From a virus, in the IMG/VR virus record IMGVR_UViG_3300037189_006220, positions 32,001 through 96,000 of that record: a DNA stretch of 64,000 nt. One strand, given 5' to 3'. The stretch's first letter is position 1; every line of letters begins with the position of its first letter. A model generated the notes under the pieces. It made no database searches. It saw nothing but the letters and a program-made list of their open reading frames with translations, and had not been told where the DNA came from. A program made the translations under genes and the position numbers. Below are positions 28,149 through 36,996 of the stretch, piece after piece.

Positions 28149-29096
28149 CTATAGCTTAGATGTTGGCTCGACAAAACGCAAAGCTGAAATCACTCTTGTA
28201 ACGTCAATAGTTGCAACCCAAGAAGACAAATCATTTCGTCCGTAGCTGATGACAAACTTGTCTCCGTCTTGTATAAGACCAGAAGCAAACTCAACCCAAC
28301 CCTCGTGAAAAATAAACTTATTAGAAATAGCTTCGATGAGTCCATCTTTATTGTGCTTAACAAATACGTGAGAATAACTCCGTAGGTCTAGCGGTTCGTA
28401 ACTAAATGTTCTTGTATTGAATAGAACTTTCGGTTTCATTACCATATAGTGACCTACTGACAGGTAGCCATCCTCGAAAGGAATAAGCTGTGTTCCGCCC
28501 CGAAGCTTTTCAATTTCTTCAGGGACATCTCCAAGCTTGATAATTTTTTCGTCTTTAAAAATCTTGTTGGCTCCGTAGATATAGTCAAACCCGGGGACCG
28601 ACTCTCCGGCAACTACCCCCCAATTCTTTTCGACTACCTTAGGAGTTTCTGTATCATGCTTTGCAATATATGTAGCCGTACCAGCATCAGGGTCTAGCTC
28701 AAATATACCAACTCGCGCTATCCGAGTATGTTCTTTCTCAAGAATAATCGCAGTAAGTTGCCACTTCCCACCGCGCCAGAACAAACGAGCATCTTCGATG
28801 CCACGCTTAAACGCGAGTTCCCCAATAGTCATAATCTCAATAAGTTTGACTGGCTTATAATTTTCATCAAGCTCAGAGAAGAAGAGTCGGTTAGCTATGT
28901 CATTACCAACAGTAATTGCCTCGTACCTCTGATACTCACCTAGTACATAGTTACTTGAGCGAAAGGTGGCATATAGCTTCCCGTTCGGATGACGAGCAAT
29001 TGAAGGATTAAAAAGTGACCAATGCCTCTTGACCGGCTCTAAGGCCCGGGCAATCATGGACGTAGTGAAGTCACTTGCGTCTATTACATCACTCAT
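28149..29096 (-). CDS. beta-propeller glycoside hydrolase/phosphorylase-like protein (GH130-like)
   Basis: FNPSI, GIEDARLF, EKNW, LRGGT, VEFASGL, ISYG..D. Confidence 0.7.
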   Translation of the reverse strand: MSDVIDASDFTTSMIARALEPVKRHWSLFNPSIARHPNGKLYATFRSSNYVLGEYQRYEAITVGNDIANRLFFSELDENYKPVKLIEIMTIGELAFKRGIEDARLFWRGGKWQLTAIILEKEHTRIARVGIFELDPDAGTATYIAKHDTETPKVVEKNWGVVAGESVPGFDYIYGANKIFKDEKIIKLGDVPEEIEKLRGGTQLIPFEDGYLSVGHYMVMKPKVLFNTRTFSYEPLDLRSYSHVFVKHNKDGLIEAISNKFIFHEGWVEFASGLIQDGDKFVISYGRNDLSSWVATIDVTRVISALRFVEPTSKL

Positions 29097-29125
29097 AGTA
29101 CCTATTCTACCGTTACACTAGAGTC

Positions 29126-29347
29126 ATGGAAGAAAAGCTCACGTCTCTTGACCGTTGCGATAGTTGTGGTGCTCAAGCCTATGTCCGTGTCAACCTCGAA
29201 AGTGGAGAACTACTCTTCTGCGGTCACCACTTTAAAAAGAATGAAGACACGCTTGTTCTTAAAGCCGTAAGTATTGACAGCGAACTAGACAAGCTTTACC
29301 CAGAACCTAAGGCTAAAACTCAGCCAGAACCTCAGGTAGTAGAATAG
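29126..29347 (+). CDS. small actinobacterial Zn-binding protein
   Basis: DRCDSCGAQAY...LLFCGHH. Confidence 0.8.
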   Translation: MEEKLTSLDRCDSCGAQAYVRVNLESGELLFCGHHFKKNEDTLVLKAVSIDSELDKLYPEPKAKTQPEPQVVE

Positions 29348-29683
29348 AAATGTGAAAACGCAAGTTTTCCGACATGAGTAATTTCGCTACCTACTCACAT
29401 AAAATCGCCATCCCCCTCCATCTGGTTGAGTACCACTCCTAGAATATGTGAGGGGGATGGTGTTTTCTTGACAAAAAATATGTCATGTCTTTTTAAGTTA
29501 TTTAACATATTTATTCTCACTAAGCTTAATGAGAATAAGCTGACAATAAATAATTATTATATAAGTTTTAGTGATTGTCTCGGTCTGTTGAGCAGCTCAG
29601 AATTTGCTAAAATAGAAGAACAAACAATCCCCCTCTTGACCAAGAAATTGGTCATTTTTCTTCTGCCCTGAAAGGTCACAAAC

Positions 29684-29767
29684 ATGAATGAATCACAAGA
29701 CACCGTTGGCGGATACTGCATCCCCGTAGACCCGATGGACATGCTTCAGTGCGATTCCTGCCAGTAA
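29684..29767 (+). CDS. 27-aa peptide resembling the RNR alpha C-terminal redox tail
   Basis: MNESQDTVGGYCIPVDPMDMLQCDSCQ*, GAAAGG SD upstream, hairpin plus U-tract downstream. Confidence 0.75.
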   Translation: MNESQDTVGGYCIPVDPMDMLQCDSCQ

Positions 29768-29856
29768 GAATCTAACCCTCGGGTTAACGCCCGGTGCTCC
29801 TCGTAGTAGAGTTGAGTACCGGGCTTCTTTCACCCCTCTAAGACAGCTAGGACATA

Positions 29857-30789
29857 ATGTACGCCCCTGAAACTCTGGTCTTGACATCGTCAGGACACAA
29901 GCCTCTTAGTGAGCTTGATGGACACATGGTGGACGTATGGAATGGCGAAGAGTTTTCGCTAGTCCTAGTTGGACAGGCTGGAAAAGATAAGCCTCTAGTT
30001 ACCGTTGTCTTTGATACCGGAGCAGAGATTACCTGCACTCCAGACCAAACGATGTTTGTCCAGAATGGATACTTCGACCACACAATTTCTCGTAAGCGAG
30101 TTGCAGAAGCACTGCCCGGAGAAAAGATTGTTAAGTCCGAGTTCCCACTCTTAGAGCACGGCACTGAGCTAATTCCTAATGCTTACACCCACGGCTTCTA
30201 CACAGGAGCAGAACGGTTTAAGCGTCGCCCCGGAGTTGTATCAAGACTCGCTATCTATGGTGGTCGCAGACCATGTCTAGATGAGCTTGACCTAGACCCT
30301 CGGACAGATAAGACTAACCTCTACTTCACTACAGAAATGCTTGGAGACTTCGAGGTTCCACTCAGCACTAAGTACTCACTAGAGTCCAAGCTTGAGTGGC
30401 TAGCTGGACTTTTTGATAGTGGTCTTATTAAAAGAAAAATTGGTTCACAACCAATGTGGCATCTCTACTCAAACAACTTTCAGTTTCTTAAAGACATGAA
30501 ACTTTTCATGCAGACTTTGGGAAGCGATGTTCGAGTAGTAAAAAACGAAGATATGAACCGTCTTGAATACACACTACGGTTCTCTGGAAGACCGATGCAG
30601 AACTTACGAAAGCTCGGAGTCCCAGCAAAGTATATCACCATCCCTGAAGTATCTTACAAACGACGTGGAGTTGGTTATCCACGAATTGTGAGCATCATCG
30701 ACAACAACCGCCGTGACACGGTTTACACGCTCATGGAAAAGAAAACTCACCGAGCAGTGTTCAACGGCATCTTAAACGCAACCCAATAA
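29857..30789 (+). CDS. free-standing degenerate RIR1-type intein (Hint plus LAGLIDADG remnant)
   Basis: YAPETLVLT..G...VWNGEEFS...CTP N-terminal blocks; LEWLAGLFDSG; DTVY...H..VFNGIL..Q C-terminal block; TAG two codons upstream and TAA right after Q. Confidence 0.75.
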   Translation: MYAPETLVLTSSGHKPLSELDGHMVDVWNGEEFSLVLVGQAGKDKPLVTVVFDTGAEITCTPDQTMFVQNGYFDHTISRKRVAEALPGEKIVKSEFPLLEHGTELIPNAYTHGFYTGAERFKRRPGVVSRLAIYGGRRPCLDELDLDPRTDKTNLYFTTEMLGDFEVPLSTKYSLESKLEWLAGLFDSGLIKRKIGSQPMWHLYSNNFQFLKDMKLFMQTLGSDVRVVKNEDMNRLEYTLRFSGRPMQNLRKLGVPAKYITIPEVSYKRRGVGYPRIVSIIDNNRRDTVYTLMEKKTHRAVFNGILNATQ

Positions 30790-30808
30790 CTAACAAGGAG
30801 AAACAACA

Positions 30809-31798
30809 ATGGCAATTCTAGGAACCGGCATCCAAGAGGGACTCCTCCTGAAGCCAGTCAAATATCAGTGGGCAATGGACTTGTACGACCAAGCAGTTGC
30901 CAATACTTGGTTCCCCAACGAAATCCAACTAGGCGAAGACATCGCTGACTTCAAAAAGATGTCTGAGGATGAGCAACACGCTATTACGTTCTTGATGTCA
31001 TTCTTTAACCCATCAGAGCTTATTGTGAATAAGGCTCTTGCCTTCGGTGTCTACCCTTACCTAAATGCACCCGAGTGCCACCTCTACCTTGCTAAGCAGA
31101 TGTGGGAAGAAGCAAACCACTGCATGTCGTTCGAGTACGTCCTTGAGACGTTCCCTGTAGACCGTAAGAAAATTTATGAACAGCATGTTGCTGTAGACAG
31201 CATCAAAGCCAAGGAAGACTTCGAGGTCAAGTTCATTAAGCGCATGACCGAAGATACCATTGACATCAACACCGTAGAGGGAAAGCAGGACTTCGTCCGC
31301 AACCTCGTGGCTTACTCGGTCATCATGGAGGGTATCTGGTTCTACTCGGGCTTCATGGTGGCTCTGAGCTTCCGTCAGCGCAACCTACTTCGTAACTTTG
31401 CCTCACTGGTGGACTGGATTGTCCGTGACGAGAGCCTTCACCTCAAGTTTGGTATCAACCTCATTCTTGAGGTACTCAACGAGAATCCTGAAATTGTCAC
31501 AGACGAGTTCGCAGCCGAGATTCAGCAGATGATTTTTGATGCTGTTGACATGGAGATTACCTACAACAAGGAGCAGTTCCCCAACGGTATCCTTGGACTC
31601 AACGCTGACTATGTTAGCCAATACACCAAGTACCTCGCTGACCGCCGTCTTGAGGAGCTTGGATTCCCCCCACACTACAACGTGGGTAACCCTGCTAAGT
31701 GGATGGCTGCGGCTAATGATACTCTTCAGCTTGTGAACTTCTTTGAGTCCACCAACACAAGCTATGAATCAAACGCATCAGCTGCTACTGGTAAGTAG
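30809..31798 (+). CDS. nrdB: ribonucleotide reductase class I beta subunit (class Ic signature)
   Basis: W.P.EI, EEANH, MEGIWFYSGF, RDESLH, NFFE...Y. Confidence 0.95.
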   Translation: MAILGTGIQEGLLLKPVKYQWAMDLYDQAVANTWFPNEIQLGEDIADFKKMSEDEQHAITFLMSFFNPSELIVNKALAFGVYPYLNAPECHLYLAKQMWEEANHCMSFEYVLETFPVDRKKIYEQHVAVDSIKAKEDFEVKFIKRMTEDTIDINTVEGKQDFVRNLVAYSVIMEGIWFYSGFMVALSFRQRNLLRNFASLVDWIVRDESLHLKFGINLILEVLNENPEIVTDEFAAEIQQMIFDAVDMEITYNKEQFPNGILGLNADYVSQYTKYLADRRLEELGFPPHYNVGNPAKWMAAANDTLQLVNFFESTNTSYESNASAATGK

Positions 31799-31880
31799 TA
31801 AGTGATAGGCTCTTTAAAGAGTCAGTTGCTTTACCAATAAGAAAGCCCCCACCAATCGGTAGGGGCTTTTCTTATGCTTG

Positions 31881-32864
31881 CTACTTAGTCTGCGTAATCC
31901 GCACAACTTCGTAGTCTGGATACCAGATGGGGTGAAGACCAATAGTCTTACCGTCATTAGGAGAGTCGAGCATAAGCCCGTTTCCAGCCCAGAACCCAAT
32001 GTGACCCGGCATATAGACAAGGTCACCTAGACGAGCCTCTGAGCGAGGGATAACCCTATTTTGGTCACGCTGAACTCGCGCACCATGATAGAGGTCAATC
32101 CCAAACTTAGAGTACACATACTTAGTGAATCCAGAGCAATCGAACCCATAAGCAACATACTTTGTTGAGCGGTAAGGCACTCCCTGATATTTCATTGCTT
32201 CATCAAACACTGGAGAGACTCCAACCTTAGGCATAGCAAATACACCAGCATATGTATCTATAACCACATCAACTGTATCTCTATGCCAAGCACGAGGATT
32301 ACCGCTAGTAACTACGATTTGCCCCGGCTCATATGTATCTGCCCATGCGCTCTGATGACTTGATACAACAAGTCCCAAACCAATAAGCAACGCAGATACA
32401 CCAGTTACAGCCCATGTACGGCTACGAAAACGGCTTAGAAATGCTACCGGAACTGTTCCCGGAGAGTCACTGCTAATGCTCTCAGAAGCCGTCTCAGGGC
32501 TGATTAAGTCCTGTTCTACAGCTTCTTTTACTCTCTCAATGACAGTCTGCCCAATTGCATGAGTAATGGTTCCAGAATCAAATTCACTGAAAACACTCTC
32601 AACTGCTTGAACAGCATCTGAGACAATACTATCGGCTACCTCTTTGGTAACCTCTTCCATTGTTCCAATTCCAACAACGGACTTTAGACAGTCGGACTGC
32701 CATCTTGCTAGTCCAACACCAGAAGCATCAGCCCCGACTACTTTTTCGTAGTCCTTACGTGCCCTGTCTAGCACGTAACTGGTTCTGTCAGAAACAGCTT
32801 CGCTGGAGTTAAATCTCCATTTAGTTCGTAGCTGTTCGAGTTCGGATTTTTGTTTCTTATTCAC
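31881..32864 (-). CDS. membrane-anchored NlpC/P60 peptidase
   Basis: GVPY...FDCSGFT...GDLV..GHIG; TM segment. Confidence 0.85.
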   Translation of the reverse strand: MNKKQKSELEQLRTKWRFNSSEAVSDRTSYVLDRARKDYEKVVGADASGVGLARWQSDCLKSVVGIGTMEEVTKEVADSIVSDAVQAVESVFSEFDSGTITHAIGQTVIERVKEAVEQDLISPETASESISSDSPGTVPVAFLSRFRSRTWAVTGVSALLIGLGLVVSSHQSAWADTYEPGQIVVTSGNPRAWHRDTVDVVIDTYAGVFAMPKVGVSPVFDEAMKYQGVPYRSTKYVAYGFDCSGFTKYVYSKFGIDLYHGARVQRDQNRVIPRSEARLGDLVYMPGHIGFWAGNGLMLDSPNDGKTIGLHPIWYPDYEVVRITQTK

Positions 32865-33430
32865 TGTGTCATTCCTTTCCGCCTAGACGGTCTAGGCTTG
32901 TCATAGTACACAGTTATGCGCCGAAACGCAACTTGTTATTATTCAGTTATAGGATGTCCTCGTACAAAACAGTTCTTGCTAAGTCAAGGACATGTGGAGA
33001 ATCGTACTTCCCGCCTCTGTGTGCGGAATAGAGAAATAGGTAACTATCGACGATACCAAGAGGCAACGCGCCATCTTTGTCTCGAAGTAACTCTAATTTA
33101 GTTAGGGCAGAAAGTACAATTTGTTCAGGACTGCCGTCCATAATAGCCCGCCTTCAGGGAAACAAACGTCTTTCCAGTTTACCAGTCAGGCACTTTTACG
33201 ATATGGATTTCTAGACTGGTGCTCCACATAAGAGTCCCCAGCCCCATCATCAAATCCAGCCCAGTAGCCTATTTCCCAAGCTTTAGCTAGTAAATCTTGA
33301 ACTTCTTGCTCAGACATAGCCCCCAGTTTACACCTAATAATTGTCCATAGTGAATCATCTAGAACAATTTGTCAGCCTTTAAAATTATAGGTATAACACC
33401 ACACTATGTCTTCGGACAGTAAGGAGCTAC

Positions 33431-33481
33431 ATGATTAAAATGTTTAACTCAACTTACGAAAGGGTCTGTTCTTCTACCTAG
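33431..33481 (+). CDS. 16-aa micropeptide (or sRNA) in its own transcription unit
   Basis: TTGTCA-17-TATAAC promoter, UUCG hairpin, AAGGAG SD, MIKMFNSTYERVCSST*, terminator. Confidence 0.45.
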   Translation: MIKMFNSTYERVCSST

Positions 33482-33547
33482 GCGGTGGTCCAATATCTAC
33501 GACTAACCCCCCGAGCAATTTGCTCAGGGGGTTTTTCGTTGTCTAGA

Positions 33548-34441
33548 CTAAAAATCTCCGGGCTGAACTTGGAAACACTTAAGACCAATCTCACGCCACA
33601 TATCAACAACCTGCTGACGGTCATCAAATACTCCACGGACATTGTATTTATCCGCAATGTGCTTGTAAAACAGCTCGTGCTTTACAATACTATCCTTACG
33701 AACATCCCCAGACGGACGCATAAATAGCTCGTACTCTCCAACATGCATCTTGAGCCAATGCTCTGTCTCGGAGCGGTGGTCTTCTGAGCGACCAGACATG
33801 ATAATGATTTTGTTCCAGTGGCTTAGGTCACGAAGAACTTTTGCCACACTAATATCAAGAATATCCTCGTGCGCCCGAGACGCATCATAGATATCCCGAG
33901 GGTTATCAGGATTGAGGTGAGCTAGTGTGCCATCGATATCAAAAAGGTACGCGTCGTCAGCATCCTTACGCGGAGTATAGGTGACAAAGTCAGAGGAAGT
34001 CTTGGTGTACAGCGGAGGAGGAAGAAGTTCTCCGCTCTTGGTGTAACGCTTGTAGAAGTCAGCAATGACCCCCTCCCCAACCTTCCGAGAACGCTTACGG
34101 TCACGGTCAATAGCCTCGGCTAAGAGGATAGGGAAGTCTTGATACTTCACCGAGTAGTCGTAGTGAGAAGCCAAGTCCAGAACACTACGAACGTGCTTAT
34201 CATTAAGGTTCGTATTATCGAGGACAATATCTAACCCATCTGACATAGCCGAGCGCATGATTGATTCCTGCACACGAGTTACCGAAGTCTCATTGACTCG
34301 GATATACCTACCAAAGAGCATGAACCGGATATCGTCACGGTTGATACGAACGCGCTCACCCTTGGAGTTTTCAACCCACTGGATAGCCCACGAGGACTTA
34401 CCACTAGCAGGGATACCTCGGCAAATAATCAAAGTCTTCAT
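33548..34441 (-). CDS. pseT: polynucleotide 5'-kinase/3'-phosphatase (T4 PseT-like)
   Basis: GIPASGKS, RINRDDIR, DNTNL, FDIDGTLA, SGR, FDDR. Confidence 0.92.
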   Translation of the reverse strand: MKTLIICRGIPASGKSSWAIQWVENSKGERVRINRDDIRFMLFGRYIRVNETSVTRVQESIMRSAMSDGLDIVLDNTNLNDKHVRSVLDLASHYDYSVKYQDFPILLAEAIDRDRKRSRKVGEGVIADFYKRYTKSGELLPPPLYTKTSSDFVTYTPRKDADDAYLFDIDGTLAHLNPDNPRDIYDASRAHEDILDISVAKVLRDLSHWNKIIIMSGRSEDHRSETEHWLKMHVGEYELFMRPSGDVRKDSIVKHELFYKHIADKYNVRGVFDDRQQVVDMWREIGLKCFQVQPGDF

Positions 34442-34480
34442 ATGAGAACCTTACTGGTTTAATATGAAAAAATCAAGTTG

Positions 34481-34551
34481 CTGCCCCGTCTGGACTCGAA
34501 CCAAAAATGCCTGAGTCAAAGTCAGGAGTGTTGCCATTACACCACGGGGCA
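34481..34551 (-). tRNA. tRNA-Gln(TTG)
   Basis: Cloverleaf; CCTGA-CTTTGAC-TCAGG anticodon arm; GGTTCGAGTCC. Confidence 0.9.
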
Positions 34552-34556
34552 AAGTA

Positions 34557-34880
34557 CTAAAAGGATTCCATATCCCTATCGTAATTCTTCTTTGCCTCTT
34601 CCATGTCAATCTGAATGGAAAGAATATCCATTACATTTTTGAAAAAGACTGCTTTGCTTCCCTGATTAGCTTCCATGCAGTATTCAAAGTTCCACTGAAG
34701 AATTGCTTTCCATCGGTCTTTTTCCGCCTGAATACCCTCTAAGTATCCTTCGTCGTGACCTTCGCTCCAGCCATCTTCGTATCCGGTAGTCTCACCAGCT
34801 TCGTAACCCTCTTCAAAGCCAGTAAGCCGAGCCATCTCAAGTTCTTTATTGATTGCCTTAGTAATTTTTTTAACTGACAT
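34557..34880 (-). CDS. hypothetical protein with GxxxG repeats, probably leaderless
   Basis: GFEEGYEAG...GY..G; TACAAT just upstream of the ATG. Confidence 0.6.
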   Translation of the reverse strand: MSVKKITKAINKELEMARLTGFEEGYEAGETTGYEDGWSEGHDEGYLEGIQAEKDRWKAILQWNFEYCMEANQGSKAVFFKNVMDILSIQIDMEEAKKNYDRDMESF

Positions 34881-34975
34881 ATCTAGATTGTATATCAGAA
34901 TATAAAAAAGTGCCATTTGATTTACACGGGGATGGCAACCGTGCCTACAGAATGCTTACGCCGAGTTCTGTATCG

Positions 34976-35048
34976 CTCCCCGACTTGGACTCGAACCAAG
35001 AACTCCCGAGTTAACAGCTCGGCACTCTGCCAATTGAGTTATCGAGGA
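34976..35048 (-). tRNA. tRNA-Asn(GTT)
   Basis: Cloverleaf; CCGAG-CTGTTAA-CTCGG. Confidence 0.92.
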
Positions 35049-35049
35049 A

Positions 35050-35125
35050 TGGGGCCCCCTACCGGAATCGAACCGATGACATCCATATTACAAGTATGGC
35101 ACTCTACCAACTGAGTTAAGGGGGC
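35050..35125 (-). tRNA. tRNA-Thr(TGT)
   Basis: Cloverleaf; CCATA-CTTGTAA-TATGG; encoded CCA. Confidence 0.92.
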
Positions 35126-35135
35126 AAGTATTAAG

Positions 35136-35858
35136 TTATGGAGATACTCTACCATTTTTATTGAAGGCAGACCAAGTCGCAGGAAAAAGAATCTGAAACT
35201 CTTCTTCCATCTTCATTGCGACATTCTCAATCTCCCACTGAGGCTTGGTAGAAAACGTAGCGTTCCCATCATCAACACGCAGAGATAGAAATGCCATCAG
35301 CGAGCGAGCATTACAAGTTGCGTACATCTCAGAGAATAGACCAACAGGAAGCACGGAACGAGCAACCTCATTAGCCATACCGTCCTCTAGAAGTTCTTTG
35401 TACGCCTTCCATGCCTTACGGTAGGACTTTTCCATTACGGCATTAGTGAGTGGCGTAAGAGCAGGATGACCAGATACCAAGTCGGGGTGTGCAGATGACC
35501 CCTGCTGAATAAGAGGACGAGTCGGAGGGTATACCCAGAACTTTGGCTCCATCTCCTTATAGCGAGCAGATACCTCGTTGTACGACCAGCCAATGCGGTG
35601 ACGCATGAACTCACGGAATACAAAGATAGGAGCCGAAATACGGAACGTCATCGAGTTGTGCTCAAAGGGAGACCCATGTCGGTTCTTTACCAAGTAGTTA
35701 ATAAGCTTGGCATCTGCTCCCGGGAGATATTCCTCAAGGTCAAGACCAGTGGAGACACGAGCTGCTGCCGCAATTGATGCATCTGACCCTACGCTCTGTA
35801 CAAGCTCAACAGTCATTTCATTACTTAGCTGAATCACGTAGTCTTCCGATTTCATCAT
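35136..35858 (-). CDS. thyX: flavin-dependent thymidylate synthase
   Basis: HGSPFEH, REFMRHR...SYNEVSARY, EVARSVLP, LR...QWEI. Confidence 0.95.
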   Translation of the reverse strand: MMKSEDYVIQLSNEMTVELVQSVGSDASIAAAARVSTGLDLEEYLPGADAKLINYLVKNRHGSPFEHNSMTFRISAPIFVFREFMRHRIGWSYNEVSARYKEMEPKFWVYPPTRPLIQQGSSAHPDLVSGHPALTPLTNAVMEKSYRKAWKAYKELLEDGMANEVARSVLPVGLFSEMYATCNARSLMAFLSLRVDDGNATFSTKPQWEIENVAMKMEEEFQILFPATWSAFNKNGRVSP

Positions 35859-36066
35859 TTATGTAGAAAATTGCCTTATTAAGGTCTTCGATTTGTTTCT
35901 CTAGTTGAGCCTTATCAGCCTCGTCTTTGAGACCGGCCCGCCACAGATACTTAATAGCATTACCAATATTGAAGTTCCGGTGTCGCGTTACCTGAATACA
36001 CTCAAGACCGGATGGGTCAGAGGTGTAGTGCTTAGGATGATTTACCGGGTCATGCTCAGACTTCAT
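35821..36066 (-). CDS. DUF3310 protein (T7 gp1.7-like nucleotide kinase family)
   Basis: DPVNHPKHY...GNAIKYLWRAGLK...DLNKAIFYI. Confidence 0.85.
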   Translation of the reverse strand: MKSEHDPVNHPKHYTSDPSGLECIQVTRHRNFNIGNAIKYLWRAGLKDEADKAQLEKQIEDLNKAIFYINDEIGRLRDSAK

Positions 36067-36244
36067 CAGTTTCCTTTTGCCAACCCGTGATATCGACCAC
36101 ATTTACTAAAAGAAGGTACTCGCGACCATTATCAAAGTAGCTTGCGGTCTTACCCTCACGGGTGACAATTCCTGCTTCTTCCATCTCATCAAGAAGCTTC
36201 ATTCTGACGTTATTGTCGTTCATACGAATATCCTAACATATGAG

Positions 36245-36325
36245 TGGGCTTGAAGGGACTTGAACCCTCACGTCCGAAGACACTGGAACCTAAATCCAGC
36301 GTGTCTGCCATTTCACCACAAGCCC
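36245..36325 (-). tRNA. tRNA-Leu(TAG)
   Basis: Cloverleaf with variable arm; CTGGA-TTTAGGT-TCCAG. Confidence 0.9.
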
Positions 36326-36329
36326 AGAA

Positions 36330-36995
36330 TTACTTTACTGCAAGTTTCTTATTGACCCAAACTTGGTCTTGGATTCCAAAGCCCCACTCATAAGAGACAT
36401 CTACTAGAGCAAATCCGCTATGTTGCATAAACGAAGCAACCTCTAGATTATTTCGATGACTAAAGTGCGTGGACTCAGTCTCTGTTTCTAGATGTAGAAC
36501 CTTAATCTTATTTAGGTAGTCTCCTAACCCAAGAAGTGTTTGATAAGTAAATCCTTCGACATCAACTTTGACTACATCAATAAAACTGCTACGCAGACCG
36601 ATAGAGGTAAAGAGACTATCCAGCCGAGTCACTCGAACAGGAATTACTTCATATTTACCCACAAAGACTGCCTCAGAAGTAATCTTTTTAGCACTCATCG
36701 ACGAGCACCCAGCCAAGTCTTTATCATCCGAGATGACCTGCTGAAAACTGGTTAGCCCATTATAGTCAGAGACTGCTGTCTCATAGACTTCAAACTCCGG
36801 GTATCGATGCCGAGTCTCAGCCACAGCAATAGGATTAGCGTCAATAGCAATGACTCGCTTACCACCTAGCTTTTCACGCAGATACTCTGCGTCATCACCA
36901 TCACGAGTACCGACATCAATAACTACCCCAGCCTCACCCCCACCAAAATAGGCGCGATAGTTTTCAACGACTGGTTCTAACCACTTATTTTCCAC
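36330..36995 (-). CDS. FkbM-family methyltransferase
   Basis: VIDVGTRDGD, IDANP, TRLDSL, VVKVDVEG; start reassigned to the GTG after tRNA-Pro. Confidence 0.85.
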   Translation of the reverse strand: MENKWLEPVVENYRAYFGGGEAGVVIDVGTRDGDDAEYLREKLGGKRVIAIDANPIAVAETRHRYPEFEVYETAVSDYNGLTSFQQVISDDKDLAGCSSMSAKKITSEAVFVGKYEVIPVRVTRLDSLFTSIGLRSSFIDVVKVDVEGFTYQTLLGLGDYLNKIKVLHLETETESTHFSHRNNLEVASFMQHSGFALVDVSYEWGFGIQDQVWVNKKLAVK

Positions 36996-36996
36996 G

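Noticed and set aside
34910-34975. HDV-like (theta) ribozyme after tRNA-Asn
   Set aside because: I could not build the nested P1/P2/P3/P1.1 topology; kept only as a generic pseudoknot candidate.
36245-36325. Amber suppressor tRNA
   Set aside because: Anticodon TAG reads CTA (Leu); a suppressor would need anticodon CTA.
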